Notes under the pieces: generated by a model
What the model was told of the DNA's origin: nothing
What the model saw: only the letters and a program-made list of their open reading frames with translations
Databases searched by the model: none
Program-made: the position numbers and the translations under genes
Part shown: one piece after another, positions 37,580 through 47,274 of the stretch
Position numbering within the stretch: position 1 is the first letter of the stretch
How the letters are laid out: every line of letters starts with the position of its first letter
DNA from: Minisyncoccota bacterium
GTDB taxonomy: Bacteria; Patescibacteriota; Minisyncoccia; UBA6257; 2-01-FULL-56-20
DNA: 47,274 bases
Direction: 5' to 3'
Assembly (NCBI GenBank): GCA_035541415.1
Contig: DATKNI010000036.1
Location: forward strand, 1 to 47,274

Positions 37580-38344
37580 TTAGTGGGCGACCTTTGGTTG
37601 ATGTTCCTCATGCTCTCCTCCGTGCTGGACGATAGCCATTGCAACGAAGACGAGCGTGAGCATCCCGAAAATGAACGCCTGGATGAATCCGACGAAAATT
37701 TCGAGGAACATAAACGGCAACGGCACGAGATATGGTACCAAAAAGGCCATGATGGCCAGAAGGACTTCGCCCGCGAAAACATTGCCGAAAAGACGGAACG
37801 AGAACGAGATTATCTTAGCAAATTCCGAGATAAGTTCAAGAATTCCGATAAAGAAATCGATTGGCCCGTGGAAGTTGAAGAATACCGACAAGCGTCCTTT
37901 GATCCCGATTGCGGCAGCTCCCAAGATGTTGACGAGCGTGACTGCAATGAGCGCAAGCGCCAATGTGAAATTAAGATCGCTCGCGGGTGAGCGCAAAAGC
38001 GGCACCGAATCGGCTCCCTGCCGTACAACGATCGAACCGACGCCCGGCAAAAGGCCGAACCAGTTTGAAAAGAGCACAAATAAAAAGATGGTGAAAACGA
38101 GCGGAAGATATTTTTCGGACGTGCGGCGTTCGCCAAGCACGGAATCCATCATGGTGAGCGCCCCTTCAAGCATGAGCTCAAAAACGCTCTGCATCATGCC
38201 TGGGACCATCGAAAGTTTCCGGCGCAAGACGTAGGCAAGGACGGCGAGTGTGACGAGCACAATTGTGGAGAGCAAAACAGCATTGGTCACCGGCCAGCTC
38301 CCAATATGAAAAATCTCTTCAGCTCGGAGAGAAATTTGCAACAT
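37580..38344 (-). CDS. atpB: F-type ATP synthase a subunit
   Basis: SPASDLN, SFRLFGNVFAGE, LEIFVGFIQAFIF. Confidence 0.96.
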   Translation of the reverse strand: MLQISLRAEEIFHIGSWPVTNAVLLSTIVLVTLAVLAYVLRRKLSMVPGMMQSVFELMLEGALTMMDSVLGERRTSEKYLPLVFTIFLFVLFSNWFGLLPGVGSIVVRQGADSVPLLRSPASDLNFTLALALIAVTLVNILGAAAIGIKGRLSVFFNFHGPIDFFIGILELISEFAKIISFSFRLFGNVFAGEVLLAIMAFLVPYLVPLPFMFLEIFVGFIQAFIFGMLTLVFVAMAIVQHGGEHEEHQPKVAH

Positions 38345-38391
38345 ATGCTGGAATTATAGCAAAAAATGCCGATTTTGCTAGGGTGAACAAC

Positions 38392-41300
38392 CTACCACTT
38401 TCCCTGCATATAGGCTCTCGTCTTCGGTCCTAGAATACCTGATGCCGGGGTAATGCCATTCGCTGCCTGCCACTTGGCAAGAGCAGCCTGCGTCTTGCCG
38501 CCAAAGTACATGACTTCATTACCCGGAGATCCAGCTCCGCTTGGGGATATGGTATATCCATTGTCATTCAGGAAAAGCTGGAGGTTCTTTACATCTTGGC
38601 CTGAGCTTCCGATCGTGAGGGTTCGGGTGAAGCTTGCTACCAATTGATGGTTCAATTGGGCAATCAATGCTTGGAGTTCTGCGATGAGGGATTGAAGTAA
38701 TGCTTCAAGACCGGATTGGGATGTGGGGAGGGTTGAGGAAGAGGAAGAGGAAGAGCCGGAGCTGGAAGAACCTGAACCCGATGAGCCTGAACCAGATCCG
38801 GAGCTGCCGGAAGAACCTCCACCGGAACTACCGCTGCCCGATCCACCAGATGAGCCACCACCCCCACCCGATCCGCCGCCTCCCGACGAACCGCCACCTC
38901 CTCCGCCGCCGCCACCACCGCCTGATACGACGGTGTTGCTCACGGTGACGGTGATTGCCGTTGTGTTGGTGTTGCCGGAAGAATCCGTTGCCTTGGCGGT
39001 AATCGTATGGGCGGCGTTGCTCAAACTGGTGGTATCAAGGGAATAGGTCCAACTGGTTGTGCCTTGCACTGCCTGGTAACTGCCTCCATCAATGCTCACT
39101 TGGACATTTGCTACGGACACATTGTCACTCGCACTGCCCTGGATCGTAATCGTGTTCGCAACAACCTGATTGTTGGTGGGGCTGACGATCGCGATGCTCG
39201 GTAGGGTTGTATCGCCCTGGACAATACCTTGGGTTGTCCCTTGGATTTGGGTTGATTGCGCTGACGTGTTTCCTGCGGCGTCATATGCGGAAACGGTGTA
39301 GCTGTAGGTGGTGGATGCGGTGAGGGCGGTGTCCGTGAATGCGTTCGTTGCATTGGTACCGATCTGGGTGCCTCCCCGATATATCTTGTATCCGGTGACG
39401 CCTACGTTGTCCGTTGAAGGATTCCAGGTGAGGGAAATAGTTGAAGTTGTCGTGCCTTGGACATTGAGTCCGGTGGGAACCGTGGGGGGCTGGGTGTCAG
39501 ACGGCGGTGGGTTGTTCACGGTGACGGTGACGGCGCCTGACGTTGTCTGGTTGTTTGATGTATCTTTTGCAAGAGCCGTAATCGTATGGGTTCCATTGGC
39601 CACCTGGGTAGAGTCCCAGGCAAAGGTATATGGCGATGTGGTGTCGGGAGAGCCGACAAAGCTTCCATCAACTTTGAATTGCACCGATTGTATGGCCACA
39701 TTGTCTGATGCGGTTGCCTGGAGCGTGATCGTGCTTGATACGGTTGCGTTGTTAGTGGGAGATGTCACGGACACCGTGGGAGGCGTCGTATCCTGGAACT
39801 TAGTTGTTCCCGTGACTGCTGATGACTGGACAGAATTGTTTCCTGCGGCGTCATATGCACTCACGGTGTAGCTGTAGGTGGTGGATTGATTGAGGCCAAC
39901 ATCCGTGAAAGACGTTGCTGCCGTCGTTCCAATCTGGGTGCCTCCTCTATATATCTTGTATCCCGTGACAGCGATGTTGTCGGTGGAAGCAGTCCACGAG
40001 AGAGAAACGGTTGAGGTGGTTACCGTACCCACAGTGAGGCCCGTGGGGACCGAGGGAGGTGTGGTATCAGGATTGTTTACGATGACCGTGACTTGTTGGG
40101 TATTTGTGTTGTTCGAGGAATCGGTTGCCTTGGCCGTGATGGTATGGGTGCCATTCGTAAGAAGCGTGGTGTTCCAACTGAAGGTCCACGAGGTGGTGCC
40201 TGCGGTTGCAACATATGCTCCCCCATCAATGGAGATCGCAACCGAAGAGACGGATATGTTGTCGGATGCGGTGCCGTTGATATTCACCGTGCCTTGGACG
40301 GTTGCATTGTTTGTGGGAGACGTGATGGCAACCGAGGGAGGCGTGGTATCGAGAACCGTGTTTGAAACGGTTACCCCGACGTTTGCACTCGTGCCCACGT
40401 TGCCTGCCGCATCATATGCCTTGGTAGACAAGGTATGGGATCCGTTCGTTGACGATGCTGTGTTCCAGCTCCAGGTGTAGGGAGAAGAAAGACTGGTGGA
40501 TTGGAGCGCAGAGTCAAGGTAGAACTCAACTTTCGTGACGCCGACATTGTCGGAAGCAGAGGCTTGGACGGCAATGGTTGAGGAGGCGGTCGAACCGGAA
40601 GTGGGAGCAGTAAGGGAAATCGTGGGCGGCGTGGTGTCGCCGCCGCCGCCGGAAGCATATTGGTAGGCACCGATGGTTGGAACAGAAGCTAAGAGCACTT
40701 GCGTGCCATCGGAATCTTTATAGAGATACACGGGAGCACCAACGGTACGCGAGATCGGTGATGCAAGCGTGATGACGTTCGTGGCGTAATTAATAGAGGC
40801 AATCTGCACAATGTTGTTAGTCGAACCCACAGCGATCCAGTCGGGTTGAACACCCGCAATACCATAGCCATCCTGGAAAAAGCTCGCATCATTCACGACA
40901 AGCGACGTGCCGGAACCAGAATCGCCCGAAGCAACATTCGTGAGCGGACCGCCTGCACCGATTGCCTGCGAACCAGCCTGAAGGTGCAGATCCGAGGCGC
41001 TTGTGAAGAGCGGATTCAAGTTAAGCTTGTCCGTTGAATCATAATTACTTGGCCCCGTGCCGGTGGACGGCCCATGCCACGCTCCGGAATAATTGTCGTT
41101 ATAGCAGATGTTGTTATGTTCCACAAAACCGGGCATCGAACTTGAGTCAACGTACATGCACCAAGAAACGCCGCTCAAGTTCGACATGTCCATAAAAATA
41201 TTATTGATAACTTTTGCATTCGTATCGCCATTCGTCCATGAATTAGCTTCATAATCCTGCGTGCCTGTCCATCGCACTGATTCGTTATAAATGCGCTCAC

Positions 41301-43170
41301 CGATTGAATTAGTATCGTTCGCCATATAATAGCTTCCGATATTGATATATTTGTTATACCGAATGATCTGATTCGCTTGGCCGCAGCTATTCACGTCCCG
41401 CAACAAAAATCCATGCGCATTCGAAGCGCCCCAGTCCTGGACGGTGTTATTCTCAAAAACCAGGCGCGTGAGCGGGATGTCGGTGTTTCCCGGAACACAC
41501 GTCGCAGACGATTCGAGCGCGTCCGGATGAGCAGACCCGTATTCTGACGCAAGCACCGGACCAAAATGATTGTTGCGGACCACGTTGTTGCCGCCATAAA
41601 GCGCTATTCCGTCTTCTACGTGTGAAATCGTATTGCCATCAAACAAATTATTATTCCCTTCCATTAAAATTCCTTGTGCAGTCGCGTTGTCGCAATACGT
41701 TATGGTGTTGTTCAAAAATGCATTAAAGCTCGCTGCCTGATAATTTCCGCTGAGCGGGGCCTGAAAACATCTGGCGCTTGTGTTGTGGACATAATTATTC
41801 TGGATGATGACATGGCTCATGGTCGTCCACGATGTCACTCCGGTGATTTCAAAACCTTGGCTCGCCAAAATTCCTCCTATCGTTATGTAGGAAGCGCTTC
41901 CAAGCGTGATGCCAGAGTTGATGACCACGGTATCACCAGGATTTTTCTGGAACGTTATCGGGCTCCCGGCGCTGCCGCTCGTGGTCTGGTTCCACCCGGC
42001 ATACGTTCCTGCATAGACCACGCACGTATCCCCCGCAACGGCGGCATTTGAACAGGCCTGGATCGTCGTGAAATTGCCCGTACCGTCTTTTTTCACCGTA
42101 TATGTATGCGGCCCGCTGCTTTGCTGGGTTGTTGCGTTCACACTGCCCGACTGCGCAGACGTATTGAGTGCGGCGTCGGTCGCAGAGATCGTGTATGAAT
42201 ACGTTGTGCCGGCAGCAAGACCGGTATCGCTATAGCTCGTTGCCCCCGCGGAGGTCGTTGTTATCTTTGTCCCGTTCCGATACAGGTTGTACGTAATCTG
42301 GTTTTGCGCAGAAACATTGTCCGTGGAAGCAGTCCAGGAAAGGTTGATTTGGGTTTGAGAAACAGCCGCGGCCGCGAGGTTGGTCGGGACCGAAGGAGGC
42401 GTCGTGTCAGTGCTCGTACTGCCGCCGCTCGCAGACTTAAAGGCTGCAATTTCTGCCACCATTCCCGTTGCTCCGGTTTCCGTCCATGTGGGATTCTGCG
42501 CGGAGGCATCGGAGGAAATGTAATAAGCGGACTGCATCGAATCAGTAATACTGCTCGCAATTCCGAAATCGCTTTGATCAAGAACGAACGGCGTCGATAT
42601 AGAGCCAGAGCTTGGAAGCCGCGCCGAACTCCAGCCGGTCACGAACAGATCACCCGTCTGCGAAGGAGTTGAAATTCCCGTCTGGACGGAAGTCCCATCG
42701 ATACTCCCCCATGAAAATGAACCAGCATCATACACTGCGCTCGTGGTGAGCGTTCCGGAATAGGCTTCGATAAGGGCGCGCATATTGGTTGCAGTGTTCC
42801 CAACGTGAATGTGGAATGTTTGGTTTGCCCCGACAGTAGGATTGTAGACATAATACATCCGCTGATAGCCAGAATGATTCACTACGGCAGGATCGGCTTG
42901 CCAGCCTCCGATGCCATTCCAAATATTGTTATTGCTGTCACTCACGGTTAAGGTCGATGTGCCGCTTCGGGTATGGACAATAAAGACAAGGAGTGTCGCC
43001 CCCGAAGTGTTCATCGCCGTGGAGGTTGCGTCTACCGTTGCATCACAGCAGGTGTATGATATCTGCCCGCTCGTCACTAAACCGATAGCGGCGTGAGCAT
43101 TATTTATGGCGAAGGGTAAGAGTAGTAATAAAAATAAGGCCAAAATAACGGCGCTTCGGAGCTTTGTCAT
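38392..43170 (-). CDS. Giant exported protein: N-terminal beta domain, FN3, right-handed beta-helix (pectin-lyase-like), 4 Ig-like plus 2 further FN3 repeats, Gly/Ser linker, C-terminal peptidoglycan-binding domain
   Basis: Signal peptide (..NNAHA-AI); seven DTxP-initiated modules; TVKKDGTGNFTTIQ..AGDT..V..GTY; LTIGSSGQDVKNLQ.FL..YFG.KT.AAL.KWQ..G.LGPKTR; start at ATG 43170. Confidence 0.88.
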   Translation of the reverse strand: MTKLRSAVILALFLLLLLPFAINNAHAAIGLVTSGQISYTCCDATVDATSTAMNTSGATLLVFIVHTRSGTSTLTVSDSNNNIWNGIGGWQADPAVVNHSGYQRMYYVYNPTVGANQTFHIHVGNTATNMRALIEAYSGTLTTSAVYDAGSFSWGSIDGTSVQTGISTPSQTGDLFVTGWSSARLPSSGSISTPFVLDQSDFGIASSITDSMQSAYYISSDASAQNPTWTETGATGMVAEIAAFKSASGGSTSTDTTPPSVPTNLAAAAVSQTQINLSWTASTDNVSAQNQITYNLYRNGTKITTTSAGATSYSDTGLAAGTTYSYTISATDAALNTSAQSGSVNATTQQSSGPHTYTVKKDGTGNFTTIQACSNAAVAGDTCVVYAGTYAGWNQTTSGSAGSPITFQKNPGDTVVINSGITLGSASYITIGGILASQGFEITGVTSWTTMSHVIIQNNYVHNTSARCFQAPLSGNYQAASFNAFLNNTITYCDNATAQGILMEGNNNLFDGNTISHVEDGIALYGGNNVVRNNHFGPVLASEYGSAHPDALESSATCVPGNTDIPLTRLVFENNTVQDWGASNAHGFLLRDVNSCGQANQIIRYNKYINIGSYYMANDTNSIGERIYNESVRWTGTQDYEANSWTNGDTNAKVINNIFMDMSNLSGVSWCMYVDSSSMPGFVEHNNICYNDNYSGAWHGPSTGTGPSNYDSTDKLNLNPLFTSASDLHLQAGSQAIGAGGPLTNVASGDSGSGTSLVVNDASFFQDGYGIAGVQPDWIAVGSTNNIVQIASINYATNVITLASPISRTVGAPVYLYKDSDGTQVLLASVPTIGAYQYASGGGGDTTPPTISLTAPTSGSTASSTIAVQASASDNVGVTKVEFYLDSALQSTSLSSPYTWSWNTASSTNGSHTLSTKAYDAAGNVGTSANVGVTVSNTVLDTTPPSVAITSPTNNATVQGTVNINGTASDNISVSSVAISIDGGAYVATAGTTSWTFSWNTTLLTNGTHTITAKATDSSNNTNTQQVTVIVNNPDTTPPSVPTGLTVGTVTTSTVSLSWTASTDNIAVTGYKIYRGGTQIGTTAATSFTDVGLNQSTTYSYTVSAYDAAGNNSVQSSAVTGTTKFQDTTPPTVSVTSPTNNATVSSTITLQATASDNVAIQSVQFKVDGSFVGSPDTTSPYTFAWDSTQVANGTHTITALAKDTSNNQTTSGAVTVTVNNPPPSDTQPPTVPTGLNVQGTTTSTISLTWNPSTDNVGVTGYKIYRGGTQIGTNATNAFTDTALTASTTYSYTVSAYDAAGNTSAQSTQIQGTTQGIVQGDTTLPSIAIVSPTNNQVVANTITIQGSASDNVSVANVQVSIDGGSYQAVQGTTSWTYSLDTTSLSNAAHTITAKATDSSGNTNTTAITVTVSNTVVSGGGGGGGGGGGSSGGGGSGGGGGSSGGSGSGSSGGGSSGSSGSGSGSSGSGSSSSGSSSSSSSTLPTSQSGLEALLQSLIAELQALIAQLNHQLVASFTRTLTIGSSGQDVKNLQLFLNDNGYTISPSGAGSPGNEVMYFGGKTQAALAKWQAANGITPASGILGPKTRAYMQGKW
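38734..38921 (-). repeat. Low-complexity Gly/Ser linker repeats
   Basis: GAGGAA x3 and CCG/CCA runs on the + strand encoding GGGGGGG..SSGSGS..SSSSSS. Confidence 0.85.
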
Positions 43171-43215
43171 ATATTTCATTCTAGCAAATAGAAATAAGGC
43201 AGTCTGGAGCAAAAA

Positions 43216-44118
43216 CTAATCCGCAAGGCACGCATTGAACGCGTTCACCTGCGTGTTGTATTGCGAAATTTCCTGCTTGAGCTGGGTTGTGAGAGCGTTG
43301 TATTGCTGGACGAGGGCGTTATAGGCGCCAACTTTCTGGTTGTAATCGGGGCCGTATTTCTGCTCCGTCGCGTTGATAGCGGCATCGTCATTCGAGAGCT
43401 CCGTCGCCATGGCGTTCAGCGTATTCTGCCCGACATCGATCGACGTTTTGAGATCAGGATCAACGGACGGACATGCCGATGCGGGCCGGCCGAACACCTG
43501 CACCGCAATCCACTCGTCTTCTCCTTTAAACATCCCCTTTCCGACGGCGACCCCGATTTCGCTGTAGTGCTTCTCCAAAATATTCGCGCGATGGCCGGGG
43601 CTGTTCATCCATGCCGCAACAACGCCGGCGTCGCCGGAGAAATCGCCGAGCGCGAGATTTTCACCGAGGCCGAGATAGGAATAGCCGACGTCGCTCGCAA
43701 CGGTGAGCGCGCTTTCGCCCGTCGGCGATACGTGCGCAAAATATTGGTTCGCAAACATGTCTTCCAAGCGGAGCGTCGCAATGTCGTCGAGCAATTGGTT
43801 TTCGGCGAGCGGCGGCAGGCTTCCATTGTTTTCTCGCTGGATGTTCGTCTGCGCGATGACGCCTTCCTCGGTCAGCGGCGTCGGTTCAATGAACGGCTTG
43901 CGGACGCCCGTGCTCGTTGCCGTGAGCGGCGGCGGAGCGAGGAATGATTTCGTCGCTTCGACGGCGGCAAACTGCTCGATCGAATTGCCGATGAGCGTCA
44001 CTTCGCTGAGCGACGAATACGCCGCGAAATACCAAATCGCCGCGCCCGCAACGCAGACGATTACCGAGAGAACCACCAATCGATGCTTCGCCCGCTTTTT
44101 GTAATGCTCAGCGTTCAT
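43216..44118 (-). CDS. CAP (SCP/YkwD-like) domain protein with a TM anchor and C-terminal coiled coil
   Basis: YFAHVSP, GENLA, WMNSPGHRANIL. Confidence 0.9.
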   Translation of the reverse strand: MNAEHYKKRAKHRLVVLSVIVCVAGAAIWYFAAYSSLSEVTLIGNSIEQFAAVEATKSFLAPPPLTATSTGVRKPFIEPTPLTEEGVIAQTNIQRENNGSLPPLAENQLLDDIATLRLEDMFANQYFAHVSPTGESALTVASDVGYSYLGLGENLALGDFSGDAGVVAAWMNSPGHRANILEKHYSEIGVAVGKGMFKGEDEWIAVQVFGRPASACPSVDPDLKTSIDVGQNTLNAMATELSNDDAAINATEQKYGPDYNQKVGAYNALVQQYNALTTQLKQEISQYNTQVNAFNACLAD

Positions 44119-44150
44119 GGCCGAATGGCAGGGATAATAAAGAAAAGGTG

Positions 44151-45059
44151 CTAATTGCGCAAGTAGCGGCGGACGGCGATAAAGCTCGAGAGAGCTCCGA
44201 TGACCACGCCGAAGAGCAATTCATAGAGCAGAAGGAGCGGCAGATGCGTGTAGAAATACTGGAAGATATTGAGGCCCGGGATAAAGCGATCGAGATAAGG
44301 GCTTGTGAAATAGACTGCCGGCGCGGCGATCACGAGGCTCACGACGGCCGCGATCGCGCCGCAAATCATGCCCTCCACGACGTACGGACCGCGCACCATG
44401 CTGTTCGACGCGCCCACCACGCGCATGACGCCGATCTCGTCGCGGTTGGAATAAATGGCGAGGCGGATCGTGTTGAAGATCACGAGGCCCGCGATGAGAG
44501 CAAGGAGGAGCGTGATCACGAATCCTCCGGTCTCGATCGTGCGCACGATTGTTGCAAGGCGGTTGATCACGTCTTGGTTCTGCGTGTAGCTCACCGTGTC
44601 GATGTAGGGCGCGAGATTCGGCGATGCAAGATAATCGGCGATTGCGCCGTACTGGCTCGGATCCTTTGCCTTGACGTTGAGCGACGCCTCAAGCGGATTC
44701 GTATCGAGTTCCTGGATGGCTTGCGTCACCGTCGGATCACTCGCGTGGTTCGCCTCGAACGTGGCGAGCGCCTGGTCGCGCGATACGTAATCGACGCTCT
44801 GCACTTCGGACAAACTCTGGAGGGATTGCTGGATATTCAGGATCTGGTCCTCCGATGTATTCGTGTTGAAATAAACGCTGATGTCGATTTTATCCTGTAT
44901 CGACGAAGCCGCCGCTTTCGTGATGACGCCGAACATGATGAGCCCGGCAAGCACGGTGAGCGCGACGGTCATGATGGCGACGGTTGCCGTGGAGAGCCAG
45001 CCGTTGCGCCAAAAGTTTTTGAACCCATAATGGAAGATCCTTGAAATGATGGTGAACAT
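44151..45059 (-). CDS. ftsX: Cell division permease FtsX
   Basis: NFWRNGWLS, NTIRLAIYSNRDEI.VMR.VGAS...VRGP..VEG. Confidence 0.93.
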   Translation of the reverse strand: MFTIISRIFHYGFKNFWRNGWLSTATVAIMTVALTVLAGLIMFGVITKAAASSIQDKIDISVYFNTNTSEDQILNIQQSLQSLSEVQSVDYVSRDQALATFEANHASDPTVTQAIQELDTNPLEASLNVKAKDPSQYGAIADYLASPNLAPYIDTVSYTQNQDVINRLATIVRTIETGGFVITLLLALIAGLVIFNTIRLAIYSNRDEIGVMRVVGASNSMVRGPYVVEGMICGAIAAVVSLVIAAPAVYFTSPYLDRFIPGLNIFQYFYTHLPLLLLYELLFGVVIGALSSFIAVRRYLRN

Positions 45060-45095
45060 GGTTGTTGTTGTAAAAAAGCGCCGAGACGCGCGCCG

Positions 45096-45779
45096 TTATA
45101 CTAAAATATATTTCCCTTTCTTTTCGTCGCGGATGACGTGGCCTTTGTCGAGCGTGATCACGCGTCGCTCAAGCGAATTGATGACTTCGCGATCATGCGT
45201 TGCGAGGACGACCGTCGTGCCGAGCTGATTGATCTTCTCGAGAAGTTTGACGATTTCAAACGTATGGAACGGATCGAGGTTTCCCGTCGGCTCGTCGGCG
45301 ATCACGACTTCGGGACGATGAATCATGGCGCGAGCGATCGCGACGCGCTGCCGTTCGCCGCCGGAAAGCTCGTGCGGAAAATTCTTCATTTTATCGCCCA
45401 ACCCCACCATGTCGAGCACCTGCGGAACGAGCTCCGCGATTTCACGCTGCGGCCGTCCGGCGACTTCGAGCGCAAATGCGACGTTTTCATAAGCGTTTTT
45501 GGTCGGCAAAAGGCGGAAGTCCTGGAACACCACGCCGATGTGGCGGCGGAATGCCGGAAGGTCGTTATCCTTTAATTTGTTGACTTCGTATTGGCCGAAA
45601 AAAACACGGCCTTTGCTTGGTTTTTCTTCGCCGATAAGCAGTTTGATGATGGTGGATTTGCCGGCGCCTGAGCGGCCCGCAAGAGAAACAAATTCCCCGG
45701 GATCAATCTGGAAATCGACTTCTTCGAGTGCAACGCCGTGGCTGGGATAATGTTTTGAAACGCCCTGGAAAACGATCAT
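45096..45779 (-). CDS. ftsE: Cell division ATP-binding protein FtsE
   Basis: GRSGAGKST, GVVFQDFRLL, LSGGERQRVAIARA, ADEPTGNLDP. Confidence 0.95.
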   Translation of the reverse strand: MIVFQGVSKHYPSHGVALEEVDFQIDPGEFVSLAGRSGAGKSTIIKLLIGEEKPSKGRVFFGQYEVNKLKDNDLPAFRRHIGVVFQDFRLLPTKNAYENVAFALEVAGRPQREIAELVPQVLDMVGLGDKMKNFPHELSGGERQRVAIARAMIHRPEVVIADEPTGNLDPFHTFEIVKLLEKINQLGTTVVLATHDREVINSLERRVITLDKGHVIRDEKKGKYILV

Positions 45780-45871
45780 ACGCGTTCTCTTATTGTAGCA
45801 TTTTCAGGAAAGAATAAAAAAAGAACGCGAGATTATATTCGCAAAACCACCGATTCGCGAACAAAATTCGA

Positions 45872-46934
45872 TTATTTTTCAAGCATCGCTTCGATAAAAA
45901 GATCGATGTCGCCGGCCAAAACGTCGTCCACTCGGGCGGTTTCTGCGTCGGTTCGATGGTCTTTCACCATTTGATACGGATTAAGGACGTACGAACGTAA
46001 CTGGCTCCCCCATTCTGGCTTTACTTTGGTACGCAAAGCGCTTATTTCATTAACTTTTTCCTTCTCCATAAGCTGGAAAAGTTTGGCTTTGAGGAGCTTC
46101 ATGGCATGCTCGCGGTTCTGCTGCTGGCTCCGCTCGGCGCGGGCGCTCACGGCAATGCCGGTCGGAATATGCACGATCCGGACGGCAGTTTCCACTTTAT
46201 TTACGTTCTGTCCGCCCGGACCGCCCGATCGGGAAAGCTCAAGCTTCAGATCGCTTTCGGGAATCTGCAATTTGGACTCCTCAAGCGGCGGCAAGTCGGG
46301 AATGACTTCGACAAGCGCGAACGAGGTATGCCGCAATTTTTTCGGCGAGAAGGGCGATATACGCACAAGCCGGTGCACGCCCGATTCGTTCTTTAAATAT
46401 CCATACGCATGGTCGCCTTTGATCTCGATCGTGCGCGATCGGATATTATCGTCGATCACTTTTATCTTCCATCCGCGGCGTTTTGCATATCCTTCATACA
46501 TGAGGCCGAGCATGCGCGCCCAGTCTTCGGCGTCTTCACCGCCGACTCCCGGATAAATCGAGAGCACCGCCGACTGTGCGTCGTAGCGGCCCGTAAACAG
46601 CGTTTCCAATTCGAGCGCGCGGAACGCACGTTTCACGTCGTGGAATTTATTTTCTTCCGAGCTTCCCGCCGCAATCGTATCGCCATTCCTTTTTACCGAT
46701 TCACTGAGCTCGCGCAGGCCATTCTCAATCGATTTATATTTTTCTATCATGTCATTCAAAATACCGAGCTCTTTTATTTTCCCGTCGGCAGCTTCGCGAT
46801 TCTTCCAAAAATCCGGCGCAGCCATTTCCGCCGTGAGTTCCGCGGCGCGCTTTTCTTTTCCCGCAATGTCAAAGCCGCCCGCCGAGCCGGCGGGCTTCTT
46901 CTTGCAATGCTTCGAATGATTCTATGTCGTTCAT
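45872..46934 (-). CDS. prfB: Peptide chain release factor 2 with +1 programmed frameshift
   Basis: 21 codons from ATG 46934 ending CTT TGA C (46874-46868), continuing +1 into DIAGKEK..AAPDFW; SPF and GGQ motifs. Confidence 0.95.
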
Positions 46935-47261
46935 CTAACGCTCATTCTTATATCGCTTCACATGGTCGTCAACCATCTCCGGAGGAACGTCTTCAAAAGG
47001 CTGGCTTTCTGTTTGGGAGCCTTTCTTGGAACTTTCCTGCCATTTCCACAGCAAGGCATTAGCGTAGTCGTGGAGGCCGTCCTCGCCCACCCGCTCAACC
47101 GTTGCCGGATCGTTTTCGCGCAGATACGCAATCATTTCCTCAACCGTCGTGACGCTTTCTCGCTTTGCCTGCTTCGCCTGGAATTGTTCAACCGCCTTTT
47201 GAATCGCTTCCGGGGAGTTATCATTTTCCCCTTCAAAATTAAAATGCAACTGTTCTTTCAT
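46935..47261 (-). CDS. Hypothetical protein (108 aa)
   Basis: ORF whose TAG abuts the prfB ATG. Confidence 0.65.
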   Translation of the reverse strand: MKEQLHFNFEGENDNSPEAIQKAVEQFQAKQAKRESVTTVEEMIAYLRENDPATVERVGEDGLHDYANALLWKWQESSKKGSQTESQPFEDVPPEMVDDHVKRYKNER

Positions 47262-47274
47262 AATTTTTTAATTC

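Noticed and set aside
45872-46934. prfB as a pseudogene or sequencing error
   Set aside because: Matches the known programmed CTT TGA C +1 frameshift.

Overview
A 47.3-kb bacterial chromosome segment in the standard genetic code (TGA is used as a stop). The gene set suggests a Patescibacteria/CPR organism, probably Parcubacteria-like. This is inference from the TGS-less ThrS, the short ATP synthase delta and epsilon subunits, DUF4012, Gmad2, the pilin and the giant secreted proteins. Housekeeping genes are tRNA-Asn, queA, ftsB-like, lepA, ftsQ, alr, serS, thrS, atpBEFHAGDC, ftsEX and prfB with its +1 programmed frameshift. Accessory loci of most interest: (i) a c-di-GMP module (DUF2378-like gene plus HAMP-GGDEF-EAL) facing a tandem RxxxR-HTH protein across a perfect 16-bp palindrome; (ii) a type IV pilin fused to a clan GH-A glycoside hydrolase, overlapping an SGNH esterase gene; (iii) small cassettes behind tRNA-Asn separated by tRNA-3'-end-like scars; (iv) a carbonic-anhydrase-like gene coupled to atpC, followed by a paralog lacking all zinc ligands; (v) a ~1590-aa beta-helix/Ig/FN3/peptidoglycan-binding surface protein. 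Core genes repeatedly show a -10 box 6-9 nt before the start codon (leaderless-like), while several accessory genes carry strong Shine-Dalgarno sites. All family assignments come from motifs read by eye; no searches were run. No CRISPR array, rRNA, integrase or transposase was seen.
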